The translations under genes were made by a program, and so were the position numbers. The notes under the pieces are model-generated. The model was not told the DNA's origin. It did not search any database and saw nothing but the letters and a program-made list of their open reading frames with translations. Of a stretch of DNA of 37,613 bases, positions 23,116-31,742 are shown one piece after another. Each line of letters begins with the position of its first letter. Positions within the stretch are counted from its first letter, which is position 1. Origin of the DNA: Planctomycetales bacterium (GTDB taxonomy: Bacteria > Omnitrophota > Gorgyraeia > Aquiviventales > Aquiviventaceae); the NCBI GenBank assembly GCA_005239935.1, contig SBAZ01000025.1:1-37613 (forward strand), written 5' to 3'.

Positions 23116-23345
23116 CACCGACGCCACTGCCCTACTACCCATAACACGGCGCTCAGCACCAGACTGATGAGGATCGAACTCGTGATCGGCACGTACACCG
23201 AGAATCCCTCGCGGCGGATGGCGAGATCCCCTGGCAGCCGGCCGAGCCAGGGGATCTTCGGCCCAGCGAGCACCAGGAGCCCAACGAGAGCCAGGAGAAC
23301 CCCGGCGATGATGAGGGCGCGACCGAGGGAGGAGAGGTCCGACAT
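23115..23345 (-). CDS. DUF2905 family small membrane protein
   Basis: 76 aa. WLGRLPGDLAIRREGFSVYVPITSSILISLVLS is the DUF2905 signature. Confidence 0.75.
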   Translation of the reverse strand: MSDLSSLGRALIIAGVLLALVGLLVLAGPKIPWLGRLPGDLAIRREGFSVYVPITSSILISLVLSAVLWVVGQWRR

Positions 23346-23348
23346 GCC

Positions 23349-24437
23349 TCACGCGGCCGCGAAGAGCTCCAGGGGTTTGGCTTTGAGATCGGCAAAATGC
23401 TGGTAGGCCAGCCGGGTCGCCTTGCGCCCGCGTGCGGTGCGCTTGAGGAGCCCGGCCGCGAGCAGGAACGGCTCCACCACGTCCACGATGGTATCCGGTT
23501 CCTCGTTCAGCGAGGCCGCCAGCGCGTCGATCCCGACGGGCCCGCCGCTGAAGTGCTCGATCACGGTCTTCAGCACCTTCCGGTCGATGGCATCGAGCCC
23601 GAACGCGTCCACACCCTGCGCCGAGAGCGCCGCCTCCGCCACCGCCTGCGAAATCCTCCCGCCGGCTTTCACCTGCGCATAGTCCCGCACGCGCCGTAGG
23701 AGCCGGTTGGCGATTCGCGGGGTGCCCCGTGCGCGCTGGGCAATGGTGCGCGCGGCCTCGGCCTCGAGGGCCACACTCAGGATCTTCGCCGAGCGGTTGA
23801 CGATCTCCCGCAGGTCCTCCGGCGCATAGAAGTCGAGGTGATAGGCCATGCCGAAGCGGCTGCGGAGCGGATTGGAGAGCAGCCCGGAGCGTGTCGTCGC
23901 GCCGATCAGCGTGAAGCGTTTGAGCCGAAACTTGATCGTCTTGGCATAGGGGCCCTTGTCGATGACGAAATCGATCTCGAAGGACTCCATGGCCGGGTAG
24001 AGGAACTCCTCGACGATCTTCGAGAGCCGGTGAATCTCGTCAATGAAGAAGACGTCCCCCTCGCCGAGGTTCGTCAGAATGCCGATGAGGTCGCCGGCCC
24101 GCTCGATCGCCGGCCCGCTGGTGGCCGTGATCTTGGCCGCCATCTCCTGCGCGACGATGTGGGCGATGCTGGTCTTGCCCAGGCCGGGCGGGCCGGCCAG
24201 CAGGACATGCTCCAGCGGCTCCTTGCGCCGGCGCGCCGCCTGGATGGCCACGCCGAGGTTCTCGACGACCTGCCGCTGGCCCACGAACTCATCGAACCGC
24301 TTGGGCCGCAGACTCAGGTTCAGGATGCGGTCGTCGTCGGTGTCCTGGGAGGGTAGCAGGGGGATCGCGCCGGCGCGCGGCGCGGTCTTCGGCGAGGCCA
24401 AGCGCCTGGCGTGCGCGGCGGCTACGTCTTCCCGCAT
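23349..24437 (-). CDS. ruvB: Holliday junction branch-migration helicase RuvB
   Basis: LRPKRFDEFVGQ, GPPGLGKTS, FIDEIHRL and GTPRIANRLLRRVRD. Confidence 0.93.
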   Translation of the reverse strand: MREDVAAAHARRLASPKTAPRAGAIPLLPSQDTDDDRILNLSLRPKRFDEFVGQRQVVENLGVAIQAARRRKEPLEHVLLAGPPGLGKTSIAHIVAQEMAAKITATSGPAIERAGDLIGILTNLGEGDVFFIDEIHRLSKIVEEFLYPAMESFEIDFVIDKGPYAKTIKFRLKRFTLIGATTRSGLLSNPLRSRFGMAYHLDFYAPEDLREIVNRSAKILSVALEAEAARTIAQRARGTPRIANRLLRRVRDYAQVKAGGRISQAVAEAALSAQGVDAFGLDAIDRKVLKTVIEHFSGGPVGIDALAASLNEEPDTIVDVVEPFLLAAGLLKRTARGRKATRLAYQHFADLKAKPLELFAAA

Positions 24438-24439
24438 GG

Positions 24440-25084
24440 CTAGGCTGGCTCCCCGACCAGCCGCTGCTGGCGATAGACCTCGTTGAGGAGATCTTCCGCG
24501 GTCTTGACCTTGGGGTTGCGCTCGAGTGCGGCGCGCACCATCTGCTTCGCTTCGGCCTTCTTGTACTCCAGCTGGAGCAAGACCGCCAGCGCCTCATCTT
24601 CCAGGGCGCTCGTGGACGGCTCCGGCGGCGCGTGCGCCTCGCCGCGCGTCTGGATGAGCCCGAACTTGCCGACCTTGCCCTGCAGTTTCGCGACGATCTC
24701 GCGCGCGCGCTGCTCGCCGATGCCTGGCAACGACCGGAGGAGGCCCAGATCCCCCTCGTCAATCGCCTGCGCGATGATGGGGATGGGCTGGGTCAAGGCC
24801 CGCAGGGCGGCCTTCGGCCCGATGCCGGCCACGCTGATGAAGCGCTCGAAGAACTCCCGCTCGATTTCGTTCAGGAACCCGACGAGCACCGGGATCCCCC
24901 GCCCCACATCGAGCTGCTGGTAGTGAAACGTGACCAGTTCGAGGTCGCCGGCGGACTCGGCGCGCTCCTGAATGGCGCGCAACACCGAGGGGGGAATGAG
25001 GATCTCGTACGAGATGCCGGCCACCTCCAGCAGCAGGGAGTGCTCCCCCACCTCGCGGATGGCGCCCCGCATGCGCGAGATCAT
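24440..25084 (-). CDS. ruvA: Holliday junction DNA-binding protein RuvA
   Basis: ATG 25084 forms an ATGA overlap with the ruvC stop. MISRMRGAIREVGEHSLLLEVAGISYEI..., GIGPKAALRAL and LPGIGEQRAREI. Confidence 0.9.
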   Translation of the reverse strand: MISRMRGAIREVGEHSLLLEVAGISYEILIPPSVLRAIQERAESAGDLELVTFHYQQLDVGRGIPVLVGFLNEIEREFFERFISVAGIGPKAALRALTQPIPIIAQAIDEGDLGLLRSLPGIGEQRAREIVAKLQGKVGKFGLIQTRGEAHAPPEPSTSALEDEALAVLLQLEYKKAEAKQMVRAALERNPKVKTAEDLLNEVYRQQRLVGEPA

Positions 25085-25587
25085 CCGGTGGTCCCCGCCG
25101 GCAGTCGATCCCGCTGCGTTTGCATGTGCACGTGCGCGATGGCCAGCGCCAGCGCGTCGGTCGCGTCGGCGGAGAGTGAGGCCTCCACGCGGCCGAGCCA
25201 GTGCTCGACCATCCGCGCGACCTGCCCCTTGGAGGCGTTGCCGGTGCCGGCCAGGGCCTTCTTGATCCGCGCCGGCGCGTGCTCGGCGACGGGCACGCCC
25301 TGCGCCTGCGCGGCCAGGCACGCGGCGCCCCGCGCATGCGCCATCAGCGCGGCTGTGGCCTGGTAGCGCTCGTGCGTAAACACCGTCTCGAGCACCATCG
25401 TATGCGGCCGATGCCGTCCGATCACGTCGGCCAGACCCGCCCGCAGCACCTCGAGCCGTTCCGGGAGCGGGCGCCCGCGCGGCGGGCGGATGTCTCCAGC
25501 CGTCACCAGCCGGAGTCGTCCGTCCTCGACGGTGATGACGCCATAGCCGGTCGCGTTCAGGCCCGGGTCCACGCCGAGGATGACCAT
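25081..25587 (-). CDS. ruvC: crossover junction endodeoxyribonuclease RuvC
   Basis: ILGVDPGLNATGYGVI..., ETVF..., DATDALALAIAH. Confidence 0.92.
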   Translation of the reverse strand: MVILGVDPGLNATGYGVITVEDGRLRLVTAGDIRPPRGRPLPERLEVLRAGLADVIGRHRPHTMVLETVFTHERYQATAALMAHARGAACLAAQAQGVPVAEHAPARIKKALAGTGNASKGQVARMVEHWLGRVEASLSADATDALALAIAHVHMQTQRDRLPAGTTG

Positions 25588-26343
25588 CTAGCCGGCCGCC
25601 TGCGCTTCCAGGATCGCATCCGGGATGTCGAAATTCGCGTAGACGTGCTGCGTGTCGTCGTGGTCTTCGAGGGCGTCGAGCAACCCGAGGAGCGCCTTTG
25701 CTTGCACCGGATCCTCGACGCGCACCGTCGTCGTCGGCACCAGGCTCAGCTCCGCGCTCTCCCAGCGGATCGTCGCCCGCCCCAGCGCCTGCTTCACCGG
25801 CTCGAAGGCGTGCGGATCCGTCGTAATGACGGCTTGGGCGCCGTCCACCTTCAGGTCCTCCGCCCCGGCTTCAAGCGCGACGTCCATGAGACGCTCTTCA
25901 CCGGTGAGCCGCGCGTCGAGCGTGATGAGGCCCTTCTTGTGGAAGAGCCAGGAGACGCTGCCTGCGCCGGCGGAGCTGCCGCCGTGGTTGGTCAGCACGC
26001 TGCGGATTTCCGCGGAGGTGCGGTTCTTGTTATCCGTGAGCAGCTCGATGAGAATGGCGACGCCGCCCGGCCCATAGGCCTCGATCACCATTTCCTCAAA
26101 GGCTTGGCCCGGGAGATCCCCGGTGCCGCGCTTGATGGCGGTATCGAGCTTATCCTTGGGGAGGTTGACCTCTTTGGCCTTCGCGATGGCCAGGCGCAGG
26201 CGGGGGTTGGCCTCCGGGCTGCCACCGCCCAGGCGGGCGGCTGCCGTGATCTCTCGGATAACCTTGGAGAATGCCTTGCCGCGCTGGGCATCCACGATGG
26301 CCTTCTTATGCTTGATGCCTGCCCACTTGGAGTGACCTGCCAT
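25588..26343 (-). CDS. yebC: YebC/PmpR family DNA-binding regulator
   Basis: MAGHSKWAGIKHKKAIVDAQRGKAFSKVIREI... is the canonical family N-terminus. Confidence 0.92.
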   Translation of the reverse strand: MAGHSKWAGIKHKKAIVDAQRGKAFSKVIREITAAARLGGGSPEANPRLRLAIAKAKEVNLPKDKLDTAIKRGTGDLPGQAFEEMVIEAYGPGGVAILIELLTDNKNRTSAEIRSVLTNHGGSSAGAGSVSWLFHKKGLITLDARLTGEERLMDVALEAGAEDLKVDGAQAVITTDPHAFEPVKQALGRATIRWESAELSLVPTTTVRVEDPVQAKALLGLLDALEDHDDTQHVYANFDIPDAILEAQAAG

Positions 26344-26385
26344 CGCCCACCGGTAGAGACAGAAACTCCGTCGGAGAATGGCGGT

Positions 26386-26414
26386 AGTATAACACCGGCA
26401 GAGAGTTACTGCAA
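26386..26414 (-). promoter_or_regulatory. promoter of the yebC-ruv operon
   Basis: Minus strand: TTGCAG (26414..26409), 17 nt, TATACT (26391..26386). 42-nt leader to ATG 26343. Confidence 0.5.
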
Positions 26415-26452
26415 AGGCGGGAGGGCGCGCCGCGGCCGCGGGGCTCGGCGGA

Positions 26453-28165
26453 TCAGTCTTCGCAGCCCGGGTGGGTCGCGTCGCCGCAGTCTTGCCAGAC
26501 CGTGCCCACGGTCACGTGGATGTTGGGCGTGCCGGGCGGCAAGGCCTGCAGCCCGCCGAGAAACGAGGTGTCGAACACCCAGATGCGCTGCGGAGGACTG
26601 TACGCCCCGAGGCTACCGCAGCAGGCCAGGGCGGACGAGGCCAGATCGCTGTCCCAGGGGCTGATTTCCGAGCCGACGAAGGTGAACGTCTGCCCGCTCC
26701 AGTCTTCGAGGAAGCGGATGAGATGCTCGCTGGCCACGCCGTGGTCCAGGAAGGGGTAGTCCCCTGCCAGGGCCGCCTCCTCCACCTGCCAGGCACGTCC
26801 AGCCATGAGGGCCGCATTCACGGTGGTGGATGTCGCGTCACGGTTGCCGGTGACTTGAGTGCTGTCGGCGTCCGTCCAGGCGTTGGAGAGCACCGTGACC
26901 GCATCGGCGGCCACCGACGCGGGCTGCTTGGTCTGCGTGTTGAAGTCTCCCTGGATGTACAGCGGCTTGTTGGTCGCCACCGAGAGGCCGCCCGCGGGGA
27001 GCTGCTCGCCGTTGACCAGCCGCACGCCGGCACTGCCGCAGCCGAGCTGGTTGGCGTCCACGTACACGATGCGATTCGCCGGCGCCGCCACACTGAGGAC
27101 GCCGACATCAATCTGCGTGACGCTCATATTCTGCCCTTCCCGGGCGTCGAAGAAGGTCGCGCAGCTCACCGTCCCGGCCGGCAGGACCACCGGAGCGCCG
27201 GACGCGTCCACGGCGCTGCCCGTGTTCGTGATCCGCAGGCCCGCGCGGTGGTAGTAGCGCACCCCAATCAACTCCGGCGGGTCGGCGGCCGTGCCCGGAC
27301 GGATCACCTCGATCGGGTCAATCGGCTGCCCGCTCGCGTCCAGGGGCAGCGGGAGCTGGATCGGCGCGGCGTGCGCCTGCACGCGCCCGTCCCAGCGGGC
27401 CACCGACTCCGTCTCCCAGTTGGCGTCGGTGCTCTCGAGCCATTCGCCCCCCACCTGCATGTGTTGAAAGTCGCCGTCCGCGTCTGCGATCCGCACGAAC
27501 CCATTGCGCGGCTCCAGATGGACGAAGTGCTCGGCCGTCGTCACCGTCCCATCGATGGTCAGGCCGCTCGCGGGCCCCAGCCCGATAGAGCCGTTGGCGT
27601 GGATCGGGCCGTTGATGAGCGCCAGGGGCCCGGGCCTGAAGGTCCAGTCGTTCCAGTCGAACACGGCGAACTGGTAGATCGGGATCAGATGGAAGGTCAC
27701 GACCTGCACGAGGCGGGTCGCCGGGCCGCGGGAACTCGCAATGTCCGCGACAATACGGACGTCCTGGGCGAGCGCGGTCATGCCCTGGAACCGCGCCAGC
27801 CCCTCGATCGCGGGGTTCACCGGGCCTTCGTCCGGCTGGCCGACGTACGAGACGGCGAATCGCTGGACGCTCAGCGCGCCGACAGGGGTGCCGGGAAGGA
27901 CGGGAGGCGCGATGGCCTGCAGCACCGCCGGGTACTGTCCGGCCGCGGTGACCTGCCGCTTGACCTCCGCGATGGCGTGGTCCACCAGGGATTCGGCTGC
28001 ATGGAACGTGCGCTGCTTCTCGATGTAGGCGTGCACCGCCAGGATCTCGGCGGCGGCCTGGGTCATGCTGACCGTGACGTGGGTCAGCACGGCCGCGACA
28101 AAGAACATCGCCCAGAGGAGCACGTACCCGCGTTGTGCCTGCATTTGCGTGGGCATCGTGGCCAT
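26453..28165 (-). CDS. large secreted or surface protein with PilX-N-like N-terminal anchor
   Basis: Start provisionally at ATG 28165 (MATMPTQMQAQRGYVLLWAMFFVAAVLTHV...). QRGyvLl plus a hydrophobic helix is the PilX N-terminal pattern. The remaining about 530 aa is Gly/Ala/Val/Thr-rich with a Cys-rich C-terminus. No other pilus genes are in the window. Confidence 0.6.
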   Translation of the reverse strand: MATMPTQMQAQRGYVLLWAMFFVAAVLTHVTVSMTQAAAEILAVHAYIEKQRTFHAAESLVDHAIAEVKRQVTAAGQYPAVLQAIAPPVLPGTPVGALSVQRFAVSYVGQPDEGPVNPAIEGLARFQGMTALAQDVRIVADIASSRGPATRLVQVVTFHLIPIYQFAVFDWNDWTFRPGPLALINGPIHANGSIGLGPASGLTIDGTVTTAEHFVHLEPRNGFVRIADADGDFQHMQVGGEWLESTDANWETESVARWDGRVQAHAAPIQLPLPLDASGQPIDPIEVIRPGTAADPPELIGVRYYHRAGLRITNTGSAVDASGAPVVLPAGTVSCATFFDAREGQNMSVTQIDVGVLSVAAPANRIVYVDANQLGCGSAGVRLVNGEQLPAGGLSVATNKPLYIQGDFNTQTKQPASVAADAVTVLSNAWTDADSTQVTGNRDATSTTVNAALMAGRAWQVEEAALAGDYPFLDHGVASEHLIRFLEDWSGQTFTFVGSEISPWDSDLASSALACCGSLGAYSPPQRIWVFDTSFLGGLQALPPGTPNIHVTVGTVWQDCGDATHPGCED

Positions 28166-28191
28166 AAAAAAGCCGAACCGTTCGGTTCGGC
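28166..28191 (-). terminator. intrinsic-terminator-like hairpin plus U6 directly abutting the ATG at 28165
   Basis: Minus strand reads GCCGAACCG-AA-CGGTTCGGC-TTTTTT-ATG (stem 28191..28172, T-tract 28171..28166). Confidence 0.55.
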
Positions 28192-28318
28192 AGCCTGGCG
28201 GCCCCGCGGTGTGGCAGGGCCCATGGCGTTCCGGCCCCGGATTGCTCCGCCCCGCCTCGGGCAAGGCGGCAGGGCCTGCCGGTGCTCCGGCAGGGGTGTG
28301 GCGTTTCGACCTGTCTGA

Positions 28319-28348
28319 AGTATACCCCACGTATCTGGCCGTCCGCAA
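28319..28348 (-). promoter_or_regulatory. candidate minus-strand promoter driving a leader or sRNA of about 145 nt
   Basis: Minus strand: TTGCGG (28348..28343), 18 nt, TATACT (28324..28319). Confidence 0.4.
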
Positions 28349-28369
28349 AGTAGTTAGCCCGTCGGCCAG

Positions 28370-28398
28370 TTGCCGACGTGGGAGCCTTCCGATATACT
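28370..28398 (+). promoter_or_regulatory. leuCD promoter, leaderless-type geometry
   Basis: TTGCCG (28370..28375), 17 nt, TATACT (28393..28398), 9 nt, ATG 28408. No Shine-Dalgarno sequence between them. Confidence 0.5.
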
Positions 28399-28407
28399 GA
28401 GACCCCC

Positions 28408-29814
28408 ATGAGCCAGACCCTCTTCGAGAAAATTTGGGCCCGCCACGTCGTGGAAACGCTCCCCGATGGCACGGCCTTGCTCTACATTGATCGTCACCTC
28501 GTGCACGAGGTCACGAGTCCCCAGGCCTTTGAAGGCCTGCGGCTGGCCGGCCGGAGGGTCCGCCGCCCGGACCTCACCTTCGCCACCATGGACCACAACG
28601 TGCCGACGGATGACCGGCAGGTCATCCGTGATCCGATCTCTGCCGCCCAGATCGAGGCATTGGCGCGCAACTGCCGCGAGTTCGGCATCACGCTCTACGA
28701 TCTGCACAGCGACCGCCAGGGCATCGTGCACATCATCGGGCCCGAGTTAGGGTTAACGCTCCCTGGGACCACCGTCGTGTGCGGCGACTCACACACCTCC
28801 ACGCACGGGGCGTTCGGCACGCTCGCCTTCGGCATCGGCACCTCCGAGGTCGAGCACGTCCTCGCCACGCAGTGCCTGCCGCAGCGCCGACCCAAAACGT
28901 TCAAGGTGGAGTTTGCGAACCGCCCGAAGCACCCGGTGAGTGCCAAGGACCTTATCCTGAAGCTGATCGGCACGATCGGTACGGCCGGCGGGACGGGTTA
29001 CGTCCTGGAGTACGCTGGAGAGGCTATCCGCGCCCTGTCGATGGAAGGCCGGATGACCATCTGCAACATGAGCATCGAGGCCGGCGCACGGGCCGGCCTG
29101 GTGGCCCCCGACGAGACAACGTTCCAGTACCTGGCGGCGCGGCCGCGGCCGTTCGCGCCCCAGGGCGCGGTGTTCGACCAGGCAGTCGCGTCCTGGAAGC
29201 GTCTGTCGTCGGAGCCGGATGCGCAGTTCGACCGGAGCCTCACGATCGACGCGGCCCAGGTGGCGCCGCAGGTGACCTGGGGCACGAACCCCGGCATGGT
29301 CGTCGATGTCACCGGCCGGGTGCCCGAGCCGGGCAGCGTACCAGGCTACGGCCGCGCCGACGTCGAGCAGGCCCTGGCCTACATGGGGCTGACGCCGGGC
29401 ACCCCGATGACGTCGGTCAAGGTGGACACCGTGTTCATCGGGAGCTGCACGAACGCGCGCATCGAGGATCTGCGTATCGCCGCTGGAGTGTTGAAGGGCC
29501 GGAAGGTCGCGCCGGGAGTGCGCGTGCTCGTGGTCCCCGGCTCCCAGCAGGTCCGCGCGCAGGCGGAGGCTGAGCGGCTCGACGCGGTCTTCCAGGAGGC
29601 GGGCTGTGACTGGCGCCAGTCCGGGTGCAGCATGTGCCTGGGCATGAACCCGGACCAACTGAAGCCCGGCGAGCGGTGCGCGTCGACGTCGAACCGCAAC
29701 TTCGAAGGCCGCCAGGGCAAGGGCGGCCGCACGCACCTGGTCAGCCCGGAGATGGCCGCCGCGGCCGCCGTGGCGGGACACTTCGTGGACGTGCGCACCT
29801 GGGCCGCCAATTGA
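28408..29814 (+). CDS. leuC: 3-isopropylmalate dehydratase large subunit
   Basis: [15 protein letters not shown]..., [41 protein letters not shown] and CSMCLGMN. Confidence 0.93.
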   Translation: MSQTLFEKIWARHVVETLPDGTALLYIDRHLVHEVTSPQAFEGLRLAGRRVRRPDLTFATMDHNVPTDDRQVIRDPISAAQIEALARNCREFGITLYDLHSDRQGIVHIIGPELGLTLPGTTVVCGDSHTSTHGAFGTLAFGIGTSEVEHVLATQCLPQRRPKTFKVEFANRPKHPVSAKDLILKLIGTIGTAGGTGYVLEYAGEAIRALSMEGRMTICNMSIEAGARAGLVAPDETTFQYLAARPRPFAPQGAVFDQAVASWKRLSSEPDAQFDRSLTIDAAQVAPQVTWGTNPGMVVDVTGRVPEPGSVPGYGRADVEQALAYMGLTPGTPMTSVKVDTVFIGSCTNARIEDLRIAAGVLKGRKVAPGVRVLVVPGSQQVRAQAEAERLDAVFQEAGCDWRQSGCSMCLGMNPDQLKPGERCASTSNRNFEGRQGKGGRTHLVSPEMAAAAAVAGHFVDVRTWAAN

Positions 29815-30464
29815 TGGATGCCTTCCGCTCGCACCGCGGCACATTGGCCACGCTGAACCGCGCGAATGTGGACACCGACCAGATCATTCCGAAGCAGTTC
29901 CTGAAGTCCATCGCGCGCACCGGCTTCGGGCCGCATTTGTTTCACGACTGGCGGTATCGCGCCGATGGGTCGCCCAACCCCGAGTTCCCCTTGAATGCCG
30001 AGCGATATCGGGGAGCGTCCATCCTGGTGGCCAGAAACAACTTTGGGTGCGGCTCAAGCCGCGAACACGCGGTGTGGGCGGTCCTGCAGGATGGCTTCCG
30101 GGTCGTCCTCGCGCCCTGGGAAGAGCGCGGGGGCGTGCGTGTGCCGGCGTTCGCCGACATCTTCCGTTCGAATGCCGGCAAGAACGCGCTCCTGACCGTT
30201 GAGCTCTCCGCGCCGGAAATCGAGGAGATCTTTCAGTTGGTGGACCGCTTCCCCGGTCTGGAAGCCACGGTGGATCTGGATCACCAGCGGGTCACCGTGC
30301 ACTTACCGGAGGAAGTCTCGTTCCACTTCGAGATTGAGCCCGCAGTGAAGGAGCGCCTGATCCACGGGCTCGATGACATCGGCCTGACCCTGAAACGCGA
30401 CGCCGCTATCGCGGCCTTCGAAGCGCGGCACGACCCGCAACTTGCGAGGGCCACCACCCGCTAG
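29814..30464 (+). CDS. leuD: 3-isopropylmalate dehydratase small subunit
   Basis: ATG 29814 overlaps the leuC TGA by 1 nt. NVDTDQIIPKQFLK and NFGCGSSREHAVWA. Confidence 0.9.
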   Translation: MDAFRSHRGTLATLNRANVDTDQIIPKQFLKSIARTGFGPHLFHDWRYRADGSPNPEFPLNAERYRGASILVARNNFGCGSSREHAVWAVLQDGFRVVLAPWEERGGVRVPAFADIFRSNAGKNALLTVELSAPEIEEIFQLVDRFPGLEATVDLDHQRVTVHLPEEVSFHFEIEPAVKERLIHGLDDIGLTLKRDAAIAAFEARHDPQLARATTR

Positions 30465-30814
30465 CGCGGCGCGGACGCCGCCGGCTCGTCCGCCGCCGGC
30501 GGGCTGGCCTGTTGCGTGTGGAACCATGGTCTCAGGCCCCCCAGGGCCGCGCGATCCCGCGCGGCGTCGTACCGGGCGACGCTCACCGCGCCCCACGCCA
30601 GCAGCGCGACCGCCCCGGCGAGCAGTCCGGCGAGGACCGCCGCACCGCGCACCAGATACAGCGCGGCCCACCAGCCCCCGGTTGTGAGCAGGAACACCGG
30701 AAGGACGAGGCCATCGCTCCACGCGCGCGGCACCAAGAAGGTCGCGCACGCCAGCCCGAGCACACTGCCTGCGGCGCCTGAGGCCACCGCCCGCCAATCA
30801 CGCCGGCCCGGCAT
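30461..30814 (-). CDS. hypothetical membrane protein (about 3 TM)
   Basis: 117 aa with hydrophobic segments (AAGSVLGLACATFLV, LVLPVFLLTTGGWWAALYLV, AVLAGLLAGAVALLAWGAV). Overlaps the methyltransferase end by 17 nt and the leuD end by 4 nt. Confidence 0.45.
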   Translation of the reverse strand: MPGRRDWRAVASGAAGSVLGLACATFLVPRAWSDGLVLPVFLLTTGGWWAALYLVRGAAVLAGLLAGAVALLAWGAVSVARYDAARDRAALGGLRPWFHTQQASPPAADEPAASAPR

Positions 30815-31433
30815 GCCCGTTCCCAGCCGGCGAGGCCAGCACGTGGATCCAGCGCCCTTCCCGCCCGTCGTGCGCGACCACCCGCAGATCGTCGATCGTC
30901 CAACCCCTCAGGAGCCGCACGACTTCCGGCTTCGTAAAGCCGGCGCAATACCGGTCTGGAATCCAGTCGTTCACGAGGTAGTTCTTGCGGCGTCCCCAGG
31001 CTAGTGAGAGTCCCAAGATCCCCGCCAGCCGGAGCGCCTGGCGCAGTTTGCTCAGTTCGGTGGCCAGGAGGCCTGGGGGCAGGTGGAAGAGCGAGGCGTT
31101 CGCCCAAATGCCGTCGTAGACGCCGGAGGGCGCCCAGGCGGCGAAGCGCTGCAGGGTCACCGGCACGTCCGGGTTGCGGCGCCGGGCTTCCCGGACGAAG
31201 GCCGGCGTGCCATCAAGGCCCTCGACCCTGAAGCCCCGGCAGTGCAGCCACGTCAGGTCTGTGCCAATTCCACAGCCGTAGTCGAGGATGCGCGCACCCC
31301 GTGGGAGCCGGCGCGCGAACGCCTGGAGGAAGTGCGAGGGGCGCCGCCAAGAGGCCCAACTCGTGATGGCGCGCCGGGCGTGCCGTTCGTACGCAGCGAG
31401 CGTGCGATCCGCCGCCTCCGCAAGGGGCTCCAT
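30798..31433 (-). CDS. class I SAM-dependent methyltransferase
   Basis: ARILDYGCGIGTDL (motif I) and GIWANASLFHL. Confidence 0.75.
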   Translation of the reverse strand: MEPLAEAADRTLAAYERHARRAITSWASWRRPSHFLQAFARRLPRGARILDYGCGIGTDLTWLHCRGFRVEGLDGTPAFVREARRRNPDVPVTLQRFAAWAPSGVYDGIWANASLFHLPPGLLATELSKLRQALRLAGILGLSLAWGRRKNYLVNDWIPDRYCAGFTKPEVVRLLRGWTIDDLRVVAHDGREGRWIHVLASPAGNGHAGPA

Positions 31434-31470
31434 GACCCCGCGAGGACACGCGGTGGGCGGGGCGACGCGC

Positions 31471-31716
31471 CTAGCGAGACGGCGGGGCCGGAGGAGCCGG
31501 GGCCTGCCACGACCGCTCGAAGCCCGTTCCCCACTTCCCCATGGGGCAGCCGCTCCAGGACGTGGCGCTCACCAGCGCGGACAGCAGACTTCCCAAGATG
31601 ATGAGGCTCCCCAAGAGCAGTCCAACGTGCTTGACCTGCCCCTTGTGCAGCAGGGCGCGCTCAATGACCCAGTAGCCTGCGGCCGAGGCCAGCAGGAGGA
31701 TCCCAATTCCATGCAT
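31471..31716 (-). CDS. hypothetical small membrane protein (2 TM)
   Basis: 81 aa. GGGAGG RBS 5-6 nt upstream of ATG 31716. Hydrophobic helices GILLLASAAGYWVI and VGLLLGSLIILGSLLSALV. Confidence 0.55.
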   Translation of the reverse strand: MHGIGILLLASAAGYWVIERALLHKGQVKHVGLLLGSLIILGSLLSALVSATSWSGCPMGKWGTGFERSWQAPAPPAPPSR

Positions 31717-31742
31717 CGTCTACCTCCCGTGTCGTCCCGACG

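Noticed and set aside
28166-28312. A c-di-GMP (GEMM-I/II) or other known riboswitch in the leader of the PilX-like gene.
   Set aside because: I could not find the conserved blocks I remember (e.g. ACGCAAAGC / GNRA tetraloop-receptor arrangement). It needs an Infernal/Rfam scan and is not claimed.
26453-28348. The 631-aa version of the PilX-like ORF starting at 28348.
   Set aside because: The extra 61 codons run through the terminator-like hairpin and GC-rich stems and are Pro/Gly/Arg-rich. PilX-N anchors normally sit at the extreme N-terminus. The issue is kept open as an alternative in the leader finding.
28192-28407. A leucine leader peptide, T-box or attenuator upstream of leuC on the plus strand.
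   Set aside because: There is no plus-strand hairpin followed by a T-tract, no Leu-codon-rich mini-ORF and no T-box specifier or antiterminator pattern. The promoter sits only about 10 nt from the ATG.
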